NCBI GenBank assembly: GCA_913009335.1
Contig: CAJVXN010000008.1
Span: 1 to 59,406 of the forward strand
DNA: 59,406 nucleotides
Direction of reading: 5' to 3'
Origin: an uncultured bacterium
GTDB taxonomy: Bacteria > Omnitrophota > Gorgyraeia > Ghiorseimicrobiales > Ghiorseimicrobiaceae
Of this stretch, positions 49,124 through 58,983 are shown one piece after another; the first letter of the stretch is position 1, and every line of letters begins with the position of its first letter. The position numbers and the translations under genes are program-made. The notes below the pieces were generated by a model. It had not been told where the DNA came from, did no database searches, and saw nothing but the letters and a program-made list of their open reading frames with translations.

Positions 49124-51319
49124 ATGCCTAAGACAAAATTAGAAAAATCTTCTGTTGTTAAGAAAAAAACAAAACAGCCAAAAAAAATAGCAGTTTCTGC
49201 TAAAAAGGCTGTTAAAGTAAAGAAGGATACTAAGGCAAAAGCGCCGGCTAAGACAGAAAAAAAGTTAAAGTCTAAAACCGCAACTATAAAAAGCACTAAG
49301 GGTGTTACTAGCCGGACAAGCCGGGTTATCAAGCCTAAGACAAAAAAGGCAGCAGGGGAAAAAGTTAAAAAAGCCAAAACAGCTGTATTAGAGCCTGCGG
49401 TTATTGAAAATGTAGTAGAAAAGCCTGTTGTAACATCAGGAGAGCCAGAGTTCAAGAAAAAGAAAAAACCTGCCATAGCTAAAAAAGCCAAAACAGTTAA
49501 GTCTCATACTAAAGAAGAAGTCGAATCCCCCAAAGATTCTATTAAAGAAGTAAAAAAAGGATTAAAAGAGCTGGAAATAAGATTTCCGGTTACTGTAAAA
49601 GATTTAAGTGTAAAGTTAAATCAAAAACCTTCCGTAATTATTAAAATTATTATGCAGAACGGAGTATTGGCTAATATCAATCAAACAATTGAAGAAGAAT
49701 TAGCAAATAAAATATCCGAGAACTTTGGTTTTGTGCTGAAGAAGGCATTGAGCCAGGAAGAGATTATTATTAAGTCGCATGAGGAAAAAGATAAGCCTTC
49801 TCAGCTGTCTTTCCGGGCTCCTGTGATTACGCTTATGGGGCATGTTGATCATGGAAAGACATCTTTGCTTGATGCTATAAGAAAAAGCAAGGTAACAGAA
49901 AAGGAGTCCGGTGGTATTACCCAGCATATCGGGGCTTATGTAGTAAATCTTGATAAAGGTAAGATTACTTTTTTAGATACTCCTGGACACGAAGCATTTA
50001 CTGCTATGCGCTCAAGGGGAGCTCATATCACTGATATTGTTATACTGGTAGTTGCGGCTGATGATGGATTAATGCCTCAAACCGAAGAAGCAATTGACCA
50101 TGCCAGGGCCGCGGGCGTACCAATAGTCGTTGCAATAAATAAAATCGATAGGCCTCAGGCGGATATAGATAAGGTTAAAAAGCAGCTTGCAGAGCATGAT
50201 TTAAATCCTGAGGATTGGGGAGGTAAGACTATTACAGTGGAGGTATCAGCTAAGACAGGTGAAGGTATAGATAATTTGCTTGAGATGATTTTATTAGAAG
50301 CGGAAATGTTAGAATTAAAGGCTAATCCTAATAAATCCGCATCCGGTATAGTCATTGACGCTAAATTAAGTAAAGGCCGTGGTTCGGTTGCTACTATTTT
50401 AGTTCAAAATGGCACTTTACATACCGGTGATACGTTAATATGCGGGAAGTTTTATGGCAGAACAAAAGCGATGTTTGATGATTTGGGTAAAAGGGTTCAA
50501 GAGGCTGTTCCTTCAACGCCTATTGAGGTAACCGGTTTGTCCGGAGTGCCTTTAGCAGGGGAACAGTTTCATGCGGTAGAGGATGAGCAACAAGCGCGTC
50601 AGATCGCGCTTGAGCGTCAGCAAAAATTACGCTTGGATGCAATACAACCGAAAGCAAAAAGGATGACCTTGGAAGATATATCTTCTCAGATTAAAGAGGG
50701 GAGTGTTAAAGAATTAAATATAATACTTAAAACAGATGTACAGGGTAGTTTAGGCGCGCTTGAGGATGCGTTTGGCAAGATGGTAAATCCAGAAGTGCAG
50801 ATAAAATTTATTCATAAGGGAATAGGTAATATTAATGTCTCTGATGTGATATTGGCTTCTGCCTCAAATGCCGTAGTCATAGGTTTTCATATAGATATAG
50901 ATGAGGCTGCCCGTGAAATCGCAAAGCGCGACCAAGTTGACATACGAACTTACAATGTCATTTATGAGGCGATAAAAGAAGTAAGGAATGCCTTAGAAGG
51001 ATTACTTGATCCAAGATTAAAGAAGATTTTCATAGGAACTGTAATAGTGCGTGAGGTATTTAAATTAAGTAAATCCGGTTTGATTGCGGGGTGTTTTGTG
51101 CAAAAGGGTAAAATTATGCGCAGCTCTTTGATTTCTGTTGTTCGTGGAGAGGAAGTAGTGTTTGAAGGCAAGGTTTCCTCGCTTAAGCGTTTTAAGAATG
51201 ACGTAAAAGAAGTAGAAGTAAACACCGAGTGCGGCCTGGCAATCGCTGATTTTACCGATTATCAACCTGAGGATATAGTCCAGGTTTATGAAATAGAAAA
51301 AATCGCCAGAAAACTATGA
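49124..51319 (+). CDS. infB: Translation initiation factor IF-2
   Basis: Motifs MGHVDHGKT, GGITQHIG, DTPGHEAF, NKID and SLKRFKNDV. Confidence 0.98.
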   Translation: MPKTKLEKSSVVKKKTKQPKKIAVSAKKAVKVKKDTKAKAPAKTEKKLKSKTATIKSTKGVTSRTSRVIKPKTKKAAGEKVKKAKTAVLEPAVIENVVEKPVVTSGEPEFKKKKKPAIAKKAKTVKSHTKEEVESPKDSIKEVKKGLKELEIRFPVTVKDLSVKLNQKPSVIIKIIMQNGVLANINQTIEEELANKISENFGFVLKKALSQEEIIIKSHEEKDKPSQLSFRAPVITLMGHVDHGKTSLLDAIRKSKVTEKESGGITQHIGAYVVNLDKGKITFLDTPGHEAFTAMRSRGAHITDIVILVVAADDGLMPQTEEAIDHARAAGVPIVVAINKIDRPQADIDKVKKQLAEHDLNPEDWGGKTITVEVSAKTGEGIDNLLEMILLEAEMLELKANPNKSASGIVIDAKLSKGRGSVATILVQNGTLHTGDTLICGKFYGRTKAMFDDLGKRVQEAVPSTPIEVTGLSGVPLAGEQFHAVEDEQQARQIALERQQKLRLDAIQPKAKRMTLEDISSQIKEGSVKELNIILKTDVQGSLGALEDAFGKMVNPEVQIKFIHKGIGNINVSDVILASASNAVVIGFHIDIDEAAREIAKRDQVDIRTYNVIYEAIKEVRNALEGLLDPRLKKIFIGTVIVREVFKLSKSGLIAGCFVQKGKIMRSSLISVVRGEEVVFEGKVSSLKRFKNDVKEVEVNTECGLAIADFTDYQPEDIVQVYEIEKIARKL

Positions 51320-52299
51320 AGAAGAAAAGAATTTTAAGCGGTATGCGCCCTACAGGTAAACTTCATCTAGGGCATTTAGTCGGGGCGCTTGGTAATTGGG
51401 CGGTATTGCAGGATGATTATGAATGTTTTTTTATGGTGGCGGATTGGCACGCTCTAATGAGCGAATATGTCAACCCGTCAAAGATGAAAGAATATGTAAT
51501 TGATAATGTAGTAGATTGGATATCCTGCGGCGTATCAGTTGATAAGTCGGCGATATTTGTTCAGTCAGACGTAGGAGCGCATCTGGATTTATTTGCGATT
51601 CTTTCCTGCCTTGTGCCTTTGGGATGGCTCCAGCGTTGCCCTACATACAAAGAACAATTACGGGAATTAAAACAGAAAGAGATAACTACTTATGGTTTCC
51701 TGGGGTATCCTGTGCTTCAGGCAGCGGATATTTTGATATATCAGGCAGAATGTGTCCCTATTGGTGAGGATCAGTTACCTCATCTTGAGCTAACCAGGGA
51801 GATAGCCAGGCGTTTTAATAGCTTATATAAAACTAAAGTTTTACGTGACCCGCAACCGCTTCTTACGTCTTTTCCCAGGTTCCTCGGTCTAGACGGCAGA
51901 AAAATGAGTAAGAGCTATGATAATTGTATTTATCTTTCTGATTCAAAAGATTTAGTTAAGAAAAAAACAATGTCTATGATTACTGATCCTAAGCGTATAA
52001 AGCTGACCGATAATGGCCACCCGGATAAGTGTAACGTATGCAGTTATTACAAAGTGTTTGCTCCGGAGTTAAAAGAAGAGGTAGCCAAGAAGTGTTCCCA
52101 CGCAGAGATTGGATGTACTGATTGTAAAAGGAAAATAGGGGATATTTTAATTGAGCGTCTTTCACCTATTCAGGAAAAAAGAAATAAATTATTATCTGAC
52201 AAACAGCAAATTTTAGATATAATAAATAAAGGCAATAAAAAAGCAAACCAGCTAACAAGCGCTATATTGGCGGATGTTAAGAAAGCGATGGGGTTATGA
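51316..52299 (+). CDS. trpS: Tryptophan--tRNA ligase
   Basis: Motifs SGMRPTGKLHLGH, YPVLQAADI and KMSKS. Confidence 0.98.
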   Translation: MKKKRILSGMRPTGKLHLGHLVGALGNWAVLQDDYECFFMVADWHALMSEYVNPSKMKEYVIDNVVDWISCGVSVDKSAIFVQSDVGAHLDLFAILSCLVPLGWLQRCPTYKEQLRELKQKEITTYGFLGYPVLQAADILIYQAECVPIGEDQLPHLELTREIARRFNSLYKTKVLRDPQPLLTSFPRFLGLDGRKMSKSYDNCIYLSDSKDLVKKKTMSMITDPKRIKLTDNGHPDKCNVCSYYKVFAPELKEEVAKKCSHAEIGCTDCKRKIGDILIERLSPIQEKRNKLLSDKQQILDIINKGNKKANQLTSAILADVKKAMGL

Positions 52300-53048
52300 G
52301 TCATAAGATTAAACTGCATGTTTTTGAAGGGCCTCTGGATTTATTACTCTATCTGATAAAAAAAGACGAGATTAATATTTATGATATTCCTATAACCCAG
52401 GTAACAGAGCAGTATATGAAGTATTTGGATTTAATGGAACTCTTGGATTTAGATATCGCGGGAGAATTTTTAGTTATTGCCGCAAGCCTTGTGCACATAA
52501 AATCTAAGATGCTTCTGCCGCGTGATCCTCAAGAAGAGGAAGAAGAAATAGAGGACCCCAGAACAGATTTAGTAGAAAAACTTCTGGAGTATAAGCGGTT
52601 TAAAGAGGTCGCGGAAGATCTGCGTAGCCGGGAACAATTCAAGCAGACTCTTTTTACCCGCAAGCCTGAAATTAAAGAAAAGGATCCCAATGAGGTTTAC
52701 TTTGAAACCAGCCTTTTTGAATTGATTTCAGCTTTTTCTAACGCTTTAAAAGATATCCCGAAAGATGTTTTTTACGAAGTTATAAAGGATGAGTTTACAG
52801 TTGACGAGAAAATACATGATATTCTGCATTCCTTATTTAAAAAATCAAAATTAAAATTATCGGAGTTGTTCGAGAAGGCTAAAAATAATCTTGAGATGAT
52901 TGCGACTTTCCTGGCAATATTAGAGTTAATCAAGATTAAAGAAGTAAAGATTATGCAGAAAGCGTTATTTGATGAGATTGAAATCATGCGTAATGAAGAT
53001 AATATTATACCCGTCTCAAGCGCGCAGGCTCAAGAGCTAGATAGATAA
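52296..53048 (+). CDS. scpA: Segregation/condensation protein A
   Basis: Motifs FEGPLDLLL, KSKMLLP and TFLAILEL. Confidence 0.96.
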   Translation: MSHKIKLHVFEGPLDLLLYLIKKDEINIYDIPITQVTEQYMKYLDLMELLDLDIAGEFLVIAASLVHIKSKMLLPRDPQEEEEEIEDPRTDLVEKLLEYKRFKEVAEDLRSREQFKQTLFTRKPEIKEKDPNEVYFETSLFELISAFSNALKDIPKDVFYEVIKDEFTVDEKIHDILHSLFKKSKLKLSELFEKAKNNLEMIATFLAILELIKIKEVKIMQKALFDEIEIMRNEDNIIPVSSAQAQELDR

Positions 53049-53067
53049 CCTCCAATCTTAATGTAAG

Positions 53068-54168
53068 ATGGATATCGGAAGAAAAAAAATACTCACAGGA
53101 ACAAATACCCGCCCAGGCATACCTCCTAAGAATAAAAATACTCCATCCTCACCCGAATTATTACAACAGGAGACAGAGGAAGATATAGTTTTAAATCTTT
53201 CACTGCGTCCTAAGGATTTATCTGAGTTTGTGGGGCAGGTTGAGACAGTGGATAGCCTAAAGATTGCTATATCCGCGGCAAAGGAACGCAAGGAGCCGCT
53301 TGAGCATGTATTTTTATCCGGGCCTCCGGGGCTGGGTAAGACCGCTCTTTCTCATATTATCGCTCATCAAATGAATTCAAAGATTACTGCTACCTCCGGC
53401 CCCGCAATTGAGAGAGCGGGGGATCTAATAGGCATACTTACGAATTTAGAAGAAGGTGATGTCTTATTTATTGATGAGATTCACCGTATGTCAAAGGTGG
53501 TTGAGGAGTTTTTATATCCTGCAATGGAGAATTCTCAGATAGATTTCATTATTGATAAGGGTCCTTATGCCAGGACAATAAAATTTAACCTAAAAAGATT
53601 TACTTTAATAGGAGCAACTACAAGAAGCGGCCTGTTAAGTTCAGCCCTGCGCTCACGCTTTGGTATGTTTTATCATTTTGATTTCTACGCGCCGCAGGAA
53701 TTAGCCAGGATTATTAAAAGATCAGCTTCTCTTTTAGGTGTGGGTCTGGAAGATGACGCGGCAATAGAAATTGCTGATCGATCTCGTGGTACCCCGCGTA
53801 TTGCAAACCGTCTGCTTAGACGTGTGCGTGATTATGCTCAGGTTAAAGAAAAGAGCAAAACCATAACCAAAGATATAGCGGATAAAGCGCTCTCTGCTTT
53901 GCGTATTGATAAAAGTGGACTGGATGATTACGATAGAAGGGTGCTTAAAACTATTATAGAGTTCTACGATGGCGGCCCTGTAGGCATAGAGTCTCTGGCA
54001 GCAACGTTAAATGATGAGCAGGATACAATTATAGATACCATTGAGCCTTACCTTTTAAAAATAGGTTTTTTAAAGAGGACTGCCAGGGGAAGAAGTGTGG
54101 CTGATGCGGCATATAAGCACTTCGGTATTACGAAGAAAAAAGCAGGGCAGAAGCAGTTATTTGATTGA
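53068..54168 (+). CDS. ruvB: Holliday junction branch migration helicase
   Basis: Motifs [33 protein letters not shown] and GGPVG. Confidence 0.98.
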   Translation: MDIGRKKILTGTNTRPGIPPKNKNTPSSPELLQQETEEDIVLNLSLRPKDLSEFVGQVETVDSLKIAISAAKERKEPLEHVFLSGPPGLGKTALSHIIAHQMNSKITATSGPAIERAGDLIGILTNLEEGDVLFIDEIHRMSKVVEEFLYPAMENSQIDFIIDKGPYARTIKFNLKRFTLIGATTRSGLLSSALRSRFGMFYHFDFYAPQELARIIKRSASLLGVGLEDDAAIEIADRSRGTPRIANRLLRRVRDYAQVKEKSKTITKDIADKALSALRIDKSGLDDYDRRVLKTIIEFYDGGPVGIESLAATLNDEQDTIIDTIEPYLLKIGFLKRTARGRSVADAAYKHFGITKKKAGQKQLFD

Positions 54169-54208
54169 GTAGGAAATGAATCTGGTAATTTTTTCGCTCA
54201 AGATGATT

Positions 54209-54438
54209 TTTTAAGAGAATATTATTGTATCGCTATTCGCTCAAGTTGCAATTCTTCACGTTAGCTTCTCGGAATTTTAAACGTCCTCAGACTCGTCCGC
54301 CACTGAATCAATGCGGACTCAAACAAGTGAGGCCGCTCTTCTTCTTGTGATTAATTGAAGAAGAGTGCCTTAAAATTCCTGCGACTCCTAACTAAATTGC
54401 AAGTTCACTCAACCGACACAACAATATTATCCTTAAAA
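54209..54438. repeat. 230-bp branched imperfect inverted repeat (MITE-like or structured RNA)
   Basis: Nested pairings ttttaag/cttaaaa, aatattattgtatcg/cgacacaacaatatt, ttgcaatt/aattgcaa, gttag/ctaac and ggaattttaa/ttaaaattcc, plus two inner hairpins. Confidence 0.7.
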
Positions 54439-54467
54439 TGTTTATAGAAAGATATGTTAGGTAGAAT

Positions 54468-55346
54468 ATGGGAAAGTCAGACTATCTTAGAATCGATTTA
54501 GAAGAATGTTTTAATGGAGAATGCTGTAGCTGTTCTAATACGCAAGAGCGTGATGAGCATATTCACAACGATTTATGTAAAACGGCAAAATCAAAACTAG
54601 ATAATTTACCAGTCAGATGTATTGGTAGTTGGGGGTATCAAAAGATTTATCGTCTTGTACAATATTTTGGAATTTTTAGTAAAGGTATGCATAAAAAGTG
54701 GCCCGTGCTTAATTATGTTGAAATTTGTAGTGGACCCGGGCGTTGTATTATGCGGAATAATAGACAGGAGGTAAATGGTACCGCGCTAGCCATCTTGAAG
54801 CACCCATCTTTCTGTGGTTATTTAGCTAAAGCTCTTTTTATAGACCATAATAAGGAAACAGTTAATGTGTTAAATAAACGAATCCAAAATGCAGGGCTTG
54901 CCAATAAAGCCAAAGCAATTTGTGTTGATTTTACTGATCTAGATGCGATCGGAAAAAGCTTATCGATTTTAGATAATAGATCTTTAAATTTAGTGTTAGT
55001 TGATCCAACAGAATGCAATCTTCCTTTTAAAACAATACGTAAAATTTCTGATGAACTTAGCAACGTAGATTTTATAATAAATAATGCATTAGGAACAGAT
55101 ATAAAAAGAAATATTATAAGAGCCATATTAGATGATAGTTTTATTAGGGTGAAGCAAAAGTATTCAAGGTTTATTGATGATGATCAATTTTTTGATTCAG
55201 ATGAGGCAAAAAAATTGGCAAAAAATTCTAAGCTGGAGGAATTAATAAAAACATTTAAGGGTAAATATACTGACAGTTGGAAAAAATTAGGTTATAAGTA
55301 TTTTAGTGAGAAATCTGTCCAGCATTATTATAAACTAAAAAATTAA
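54468..55346 (+). CDS. Three-Cys-motif partner (TcmP)-like SAM-binding protein, possibly 3'-truncated
   Basis: Motifs W..QKIYRL..Y, NYVEICSGPG, GTALAIL and LVLVDP; ends abruptly at HYYKLKN. Confidence 0.65.
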   Translation: MGKSDYLRIDLEECFNGECCSCSNTQERDEHIHNDLCKTAKSKLDNLPVRCIGSWGYQKIYRLVQYFGIFSKGMHKKWPVLNYVEICSGPGRCIMRNNRQEVNGTALAILKHPSFCGYLAKALFIDHNKETVNVLNKRIQNAGLANKAKAICVDFTDLDAIGKSLSILDNRSLNLVLVDPTECNLPFKTIRKISDELSNVDFIINNALGTDIKRNIIRAILDDSFIRVKQKYSRFIDDDQFFDSDEAKKLAKNSKLEELIKTFKGKYTDSWKKLGYKYFSEKSVQHYYKLKN

Positions 55347-55357
55347 AAGGGGACAGA

Positions 55358-56383
55358 TGTACTAGCTCAATAATTCGGTAACCTTTTTAAGTTTATCAAA
55401 AGGCGTTTCATAATTTAATCCACCATGTCTTCTTAGGTGGTTATATTCAAAAAGGAAGTTGCCAAGATTCATGACAAGGTCTTCCTTGGAATCAAAAGAA
55501 TTAGGGTAAAAGAACTCGTTCTTTATGATTTTAAAAAAAGCTTCTATTTTTCCGTTTGTCTGAGGCCTGTAGGGCCTGGTATATATGTGTTTTATGCCCA
55601 GCTCTTCACACATGGTTTCAAAAGGATGTTCGTATTTAAGCTGTCCCTTGAATTCGGTTCCGTTGTCTGACATGATGCTTTCGAATTCGAAGTTATATAT
55701 TTGCTTAAACCAAGATAAAGAACGAGCCATAAAATAAGTCAGTGTTGAGGCTCTTTTATCCTTGACAATCTCAGCATAAGCCAATCTGCTGCAGTCATCG
55801 CATACAGCGGCAATATAAAGCTCTTTGATTTTAAAAGAACAACGGATATCCTTAGGTATCTTGCTTAAATCGATATGGGCAAGTTCTCCCGGGGCTTGTT
55901 TTTCATAGCGCTTGATTATTTTCTTTTGTGATTCATTAAGCGGATATCGAGCCTTGATTCTGTCCATTGTAGCAGGAGAAGGCGTCTTATCCAAATAATA
56001 AGGCTTAAACAGAAGAACTAACTCATAGCGGTTAGATCCGAACCGCCTGTAAGCCTTAACAATGTTACGCTCGATATCTTTAGGCGTTCTTCGACTCCCG
56101 GGCTTAGCGCCTCTTTTAGAGGGTAGAAGTGATTCCGGCTTCCTGCCGCCTTCTAGCCACTTACGATAATATCTGCCAAGCTCTTTTTTAGATATATGAT
56201 GTGCCTGGCATAGATTTTTGATAAATTTAAAAGAACGCGGCGTTACCTTGCGTTTACATTTTTCATACTCTTTTAATATGGGTATCCACCGTTTAACAAT
56301 AATCTGTTGTGAATATATCATTAGGTCTCCTTCGGTTGGTTATCATTATACCAAAAGAGTTACCTAATTAGTGAGTATTAACA
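55358..56383 (-). mobile_element. IS481-family insertion sequence, 1026 bp, 5-bp TSD ACAGA
   Basis: TGT...ACA ends; imperfect IRs tgtactagctcaataattcggtaac vs tgttaatactcactaattaggtaac; acaga at 55353-55357 and 56384-56388. Confidence 0.92.
55362..56321 (-). CDS. IS481-family DDE transposase
   Basis: Motifs RYEKQAPGELAHID, DDCSR, SDNGTEF, RPYRPQTNGKIE and YNHLRRHGGL; AAGGAG RBS. Confidence 0.95.
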   Translation of the reverse strand: MIYSQQIIVKRWIPILKEYEKCKRKVTPRSFKFIKNLCQAHHISKKELGRYYRKWLEGGRKPESLLPSKRGAKPGSRRTPKDIERNIVKAYRRFGSNRYELVLLFKPYYLDKTPSPATMDRIKARYPLNESQKKIIKRYEKQAPGELAHIDLSKIPKDIRCSFKIKELYIAAVCDDCSRLAYAEIVKDKRASTLTYFMARSLSWFKQIYNFEFESIMSDNGTEFKGQLKYEHPFETMCEELGIKHIYTRPYRPQTNGKIEAFFKIIKNEFFYPNSFDSKEDLVMNLGNFLFEYNHLRRHGGLNYETPFDKLKKVTELLS

Positions 56384-56406
56384 ACAGACACCTTTTTAAA
56401 TAGCTC

Positions 56407-56423
56407 TTGAGGCCAGACCTCAA
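56407..56423. repeat. REP-like family B, copy 3
   Basis: ttgagg-ccaga-cctcaa (reverse orientation of copy 1). Confidence 0.7.
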
Positions 56424-56452
56424 CCGGAATTTAAGGGAAGAAAGGAGTTGGC

Positions 56453-56914
56453 ATGTTTGATTGTCCGAAGTGTTTAGGAAAGTTAGAAGAAAAAACAACA
56501 GAGAATATAAAGGTTGATGTGTGTTGGGTTTGTGAGGGGATGTGGTTTGATAAAGGGGAACTTGATAAAGTGCTTGCCTCTGATTCTAAGAATTTTAAGC
56601 TTATTGATCTTGGCTCTAAGGAGTTCGACGGAAAAGAAATGTCAGAAATGGCAGGAGAATTAGATAAGAAGCTCGGTAAGTGTCCTCATTGCAGTGAGCA
56701 AATGATTAAAAAACCATACGAAGAGAACAAATCTGTTAATGTTGATGTCTGTCCTAAAGAGTGTGGCATTTGGCTTGACGGCGGAGAAATACATTCTTTA
56801 AGGAATAGAACAGAAGTTAATAGAAGAGCAAAAATAAAAGAATCTAAAGATGCAAGAGATTTGATGTTTGATGGTATATTTTATAAGATATTTGGTAGTA
56901 AAAAACAACAATAA
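56453..56914 (+). CDS. Double zf-TFIIB zinc-ribbon protein
   Basis: CPKC...VDVCWVCEGMWFDKGEL and CPHC...VDVCPKECGIWLDGGEI; aaggag RBS. Confidence 0.88.
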   Translation: MFDCPKCLGKLEEKTTENIKVDVCWVCEGMWFDKGELDKVLASDSKNFKLIDLGSKEFDGKEMSEMAGELDKKLGKCPHCSEQMIKKPYEENKSVNVDVCPKECGIWLDGGEIHSLRNRTEVNRRAKIKESKDARDLMFDGIFYKIFGSKKQQ

Positions 56915-56932
56915 AAGATATATTCTACATTA

Positions 56933-57046
56933 ATGAAAATTTTACTCCATACTTGCTGCGTGCCTTGTCTGATTTATCCTCTTGAAACATTACAGGAGAA
57001 AGGGTTTGAGGTAGCCGGATTCTTTCAAAGTCTTGTTGAGGTTTAA
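56933..57046 (+). pseudogene. Truncated duplicate of the queH 5' end
   Basis: MKILLHTCCVPCLIYPLETLQEKGFEVAGFF vs MKILLHICCAPCLIYPLERLQEKGFEVTGLF at 58230; stops inside a family B palindrome. Confidence 0.9.
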
Positions 57047-57054
57047 CCTCAACA
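57034..57054. repeat. REP-like family B, copy 4
   Basis: tgttgaggtt-t-aacctcaaca. Confidence 0.75.
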
Positions 57055-57094
57055 GAGCGCGGAGCAGTTTTTGCCGCGGAATATTAAAAACTAC

Positions 57095-57124
57095 TTGTAA
57101 AGGATAGTATCATATGATACTATC
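57095..57124 (+). promoter_or_regulatory. Promoter with a perfect 22-bp palindromic operator upstream of fic
   Basis: TTGTAA, 17-bp spacer, TACTAT; palindrome gatagtatcatatgatactatc at 57103-57124. Confidence 0.65.
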
Positions 57125-57129
57125 ACAAT

Positions 57130-58092
57130 ATGAAACCGCCATATACTATCACTTCGAAAATATTAAAATTGTGTACAGACATTAGTCGCATAGTAGGACA
57201 GTGTGAAGGTCTAAAAATTTCCCCTCCCAGGCCGCAACTTCGAAAACAGAACCGCATAAAAACCATTCAATCAAGTTTGGCTATTGAAGGAAACAGGCTT
57301 TCTGAATCTCAAGTTACGGATCTTATAGATAATAAAAGTATAATTGGCCCGACAAAAGATATTTTGGAGGTAAAAAATGCTATTAAGGCATACGCTTCAA
57401 TAAAAACATACGATATCTACAATTTACAGTCCCTTTTGTCCGCTCATAAAATTATCATGCAAGGGCTCATTAAAGATGCCGGCAAATTACGTTCGAGTAA
57501 TGTAGGAGTGATTAAAGGGGAAAAAATAATGCACATGGCTCCTAAATATACTATGGTGCCTAAACTTGTAAACAATTTATTTGATTTCTTAAAAAAAGAA
57601 AAAGATACCCATACTTTTATCAAATCCAGTGTTTTCCATTATGAATTGGAATTTATTCATCCTTTTTCCGATGGGAATGGAAGAATAGGAAGACTTTGGC
57701 AATCGGCAATTCTTTTGAATGCTTATCCGATATTTGAATTTGTACCGATTGAATCGTTAATCAAGCGAAAACAAAAAGATTATTATCATGCATTAGAGGC
57801 ATCTGATAAAAAAGGTGCTTCAACATTTTTTATTGAATTTATGTTAGCAATAATCCGAGAGGCTATGGAAGAATTCATTAAAGATATTCGGCCATCACCT
57901 CAGACTCATAAGACAAGATTAGCTTCTGCCCAACAACATTTCAGTAAAACATTTTTTTCACGAAAGGAATATATACAATTTCATAAGAATATTTCTTCAG
58001 CAACCGCAAGCCGGGATTTATCATTTGGAATCAAAAACAAAATATTGCAAAAATCCGGTCAAAAAGCATTGACGCGGTATAAATTTAACTGA
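57130..58092 (+). CDS. Fic family protein with C-terminal HTH
   Basis: Canonical HPFSDGNGRIGR motif, inhibitory-type SSLAIEGN motif, C-terminal ISSATASRDL. Confidence 0.95.
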   Translation: MKPPYTITSKILKLCTDISRIVGQCEGLKISPPRPQLRKQNRIKTIQSSLAIEGNRLSESQVTDLIDNKSIIGPTKDILEVKNAIKAYASIKTYDIYNLQSLLSAHKIIMQGLIKDAGKLRSSNVGVIKGEKIMHMAPKYTMVPKLVNNLFDFLKKEKDTHTFIKSSVFHYELEFIHPFSDGNGRIGRLWQSAILLNAYPIFEFVPIESLIKRKQKDYYHALEASDKKGASTFFIEFMLAIIREAMEEFIKDIRPSPQTHKTRLASAQQHFSKTFFSRKEYIQFHKNISSATASRDLSFGIKNKILQKSGQKALTRYKFN

Positions 58093-58229
58093 AAAATATG
58101 CCATCTTACTGTTACTCGCCGTCTTTCGGCGTCGGCTACCAGCAGGGTGCGAAGCCTCCCCGTTAGGGGATGAATTCGAATGTTAGATAAAAAAAAGAAA
58201 AGGAAGTATTTTAATAAAGGAATAATACG

Positions 58230-58766
58230 ATGAAAATTTTACTCCATATATGCTGCGCGCCTTGTTTAATTTATCCTCTTGAAAGATTACAGGAAAAAGG
58301 TTTTGAGGTAACAGGATTATTTTACAATCCTAATATCCATCCATTTTCCGAATACAAAAAGAGGAAGCAGGCAGTAGGGCAGCTTAACAAGCGTTTGAAT
58401 ATCGATATTATTTATCCGCAGTATCTGCCGCAGGAATTCTTTCGAGCCATAGATCATAAAGAAACTTCTCCTCAGAGATGCCTTGTGTGCTGGAGGCTAA
58501 GGCTTGCGGTAACCGCACAGATTGCAAAAGATAAAGGTTTTGAGTATTTTTCTACGACTCTTTTAGTCAGCCCTTATCAGGATCAGGAGCTTTTAAAAAA
58601 ATCAGGGGATGATATCGCAGCTAGCGAGGGAGTGAAATTTTATTACGAGGATTTCCGTCCGGGTTTTAGGGATGCTCATAAAAAGGCGCAGGCAGAGGAC
58701 ATATACTGTCAGAAATACTGCGGCTGTATTTATTCTGAAATAGAAAGGCATCAGAAAAAAAAGTAA
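58230..58766 (+). CDS. queH: Epoxyqueuosine reductase QueH
   Basis: Motifs LLHICCAPC, FYNPNIHP, STTLLVSPYQ and QKYCGCIYSE. Confidence 0.96.
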   Translation: MKILLHICCAPCLIYPLERLQEKGFEVTGLFYNPNIHPFSEYKKRKQAVGQLNKRLNIDIIYPQYLPQEFFRAIDHKETSPQRCLVCWRLRLAVTAQIAKDKGFEYFSTTLLVSPYQDQELLKKSGDDIAASEGVKFYYEDFRPGFRDAHKKAQAEDIYCQKYCGCIYSEIERHQKKK

Positions 58767-58767
58767 T

Positions 58768-58983
58768 ATGGAATCTTTCGGCAGGGGATTAATGATTTTT
58801 GGTATTATTTTAGTCGCAGTGGGGGCTTTAGTTACTTTTGCTAATAAAATACCCTTTATCGGTAAGCTTCCCGGAGATATCTATATAAGTAGAGAAAAGT
58901 TTAGTTTTTATTTTCCGATTATGACCTGTATCCTAGTGAGTGTGATTGTCTCCTTAATTTTGTGGTTTATAAGTAAAAGATGA
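58768..58983 (+). CDS. DUF2905 family small membrane protein
   Basis: Motifs GKLPGDI and FYFPIMTCILVS. Confidence 0.93.
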   Translation: MESFGRGLMIFGIILVAVGALVTFANKIPFIGKLPGDIYISREKFSFYFPIMTCILVSVIVSLILWFISKR

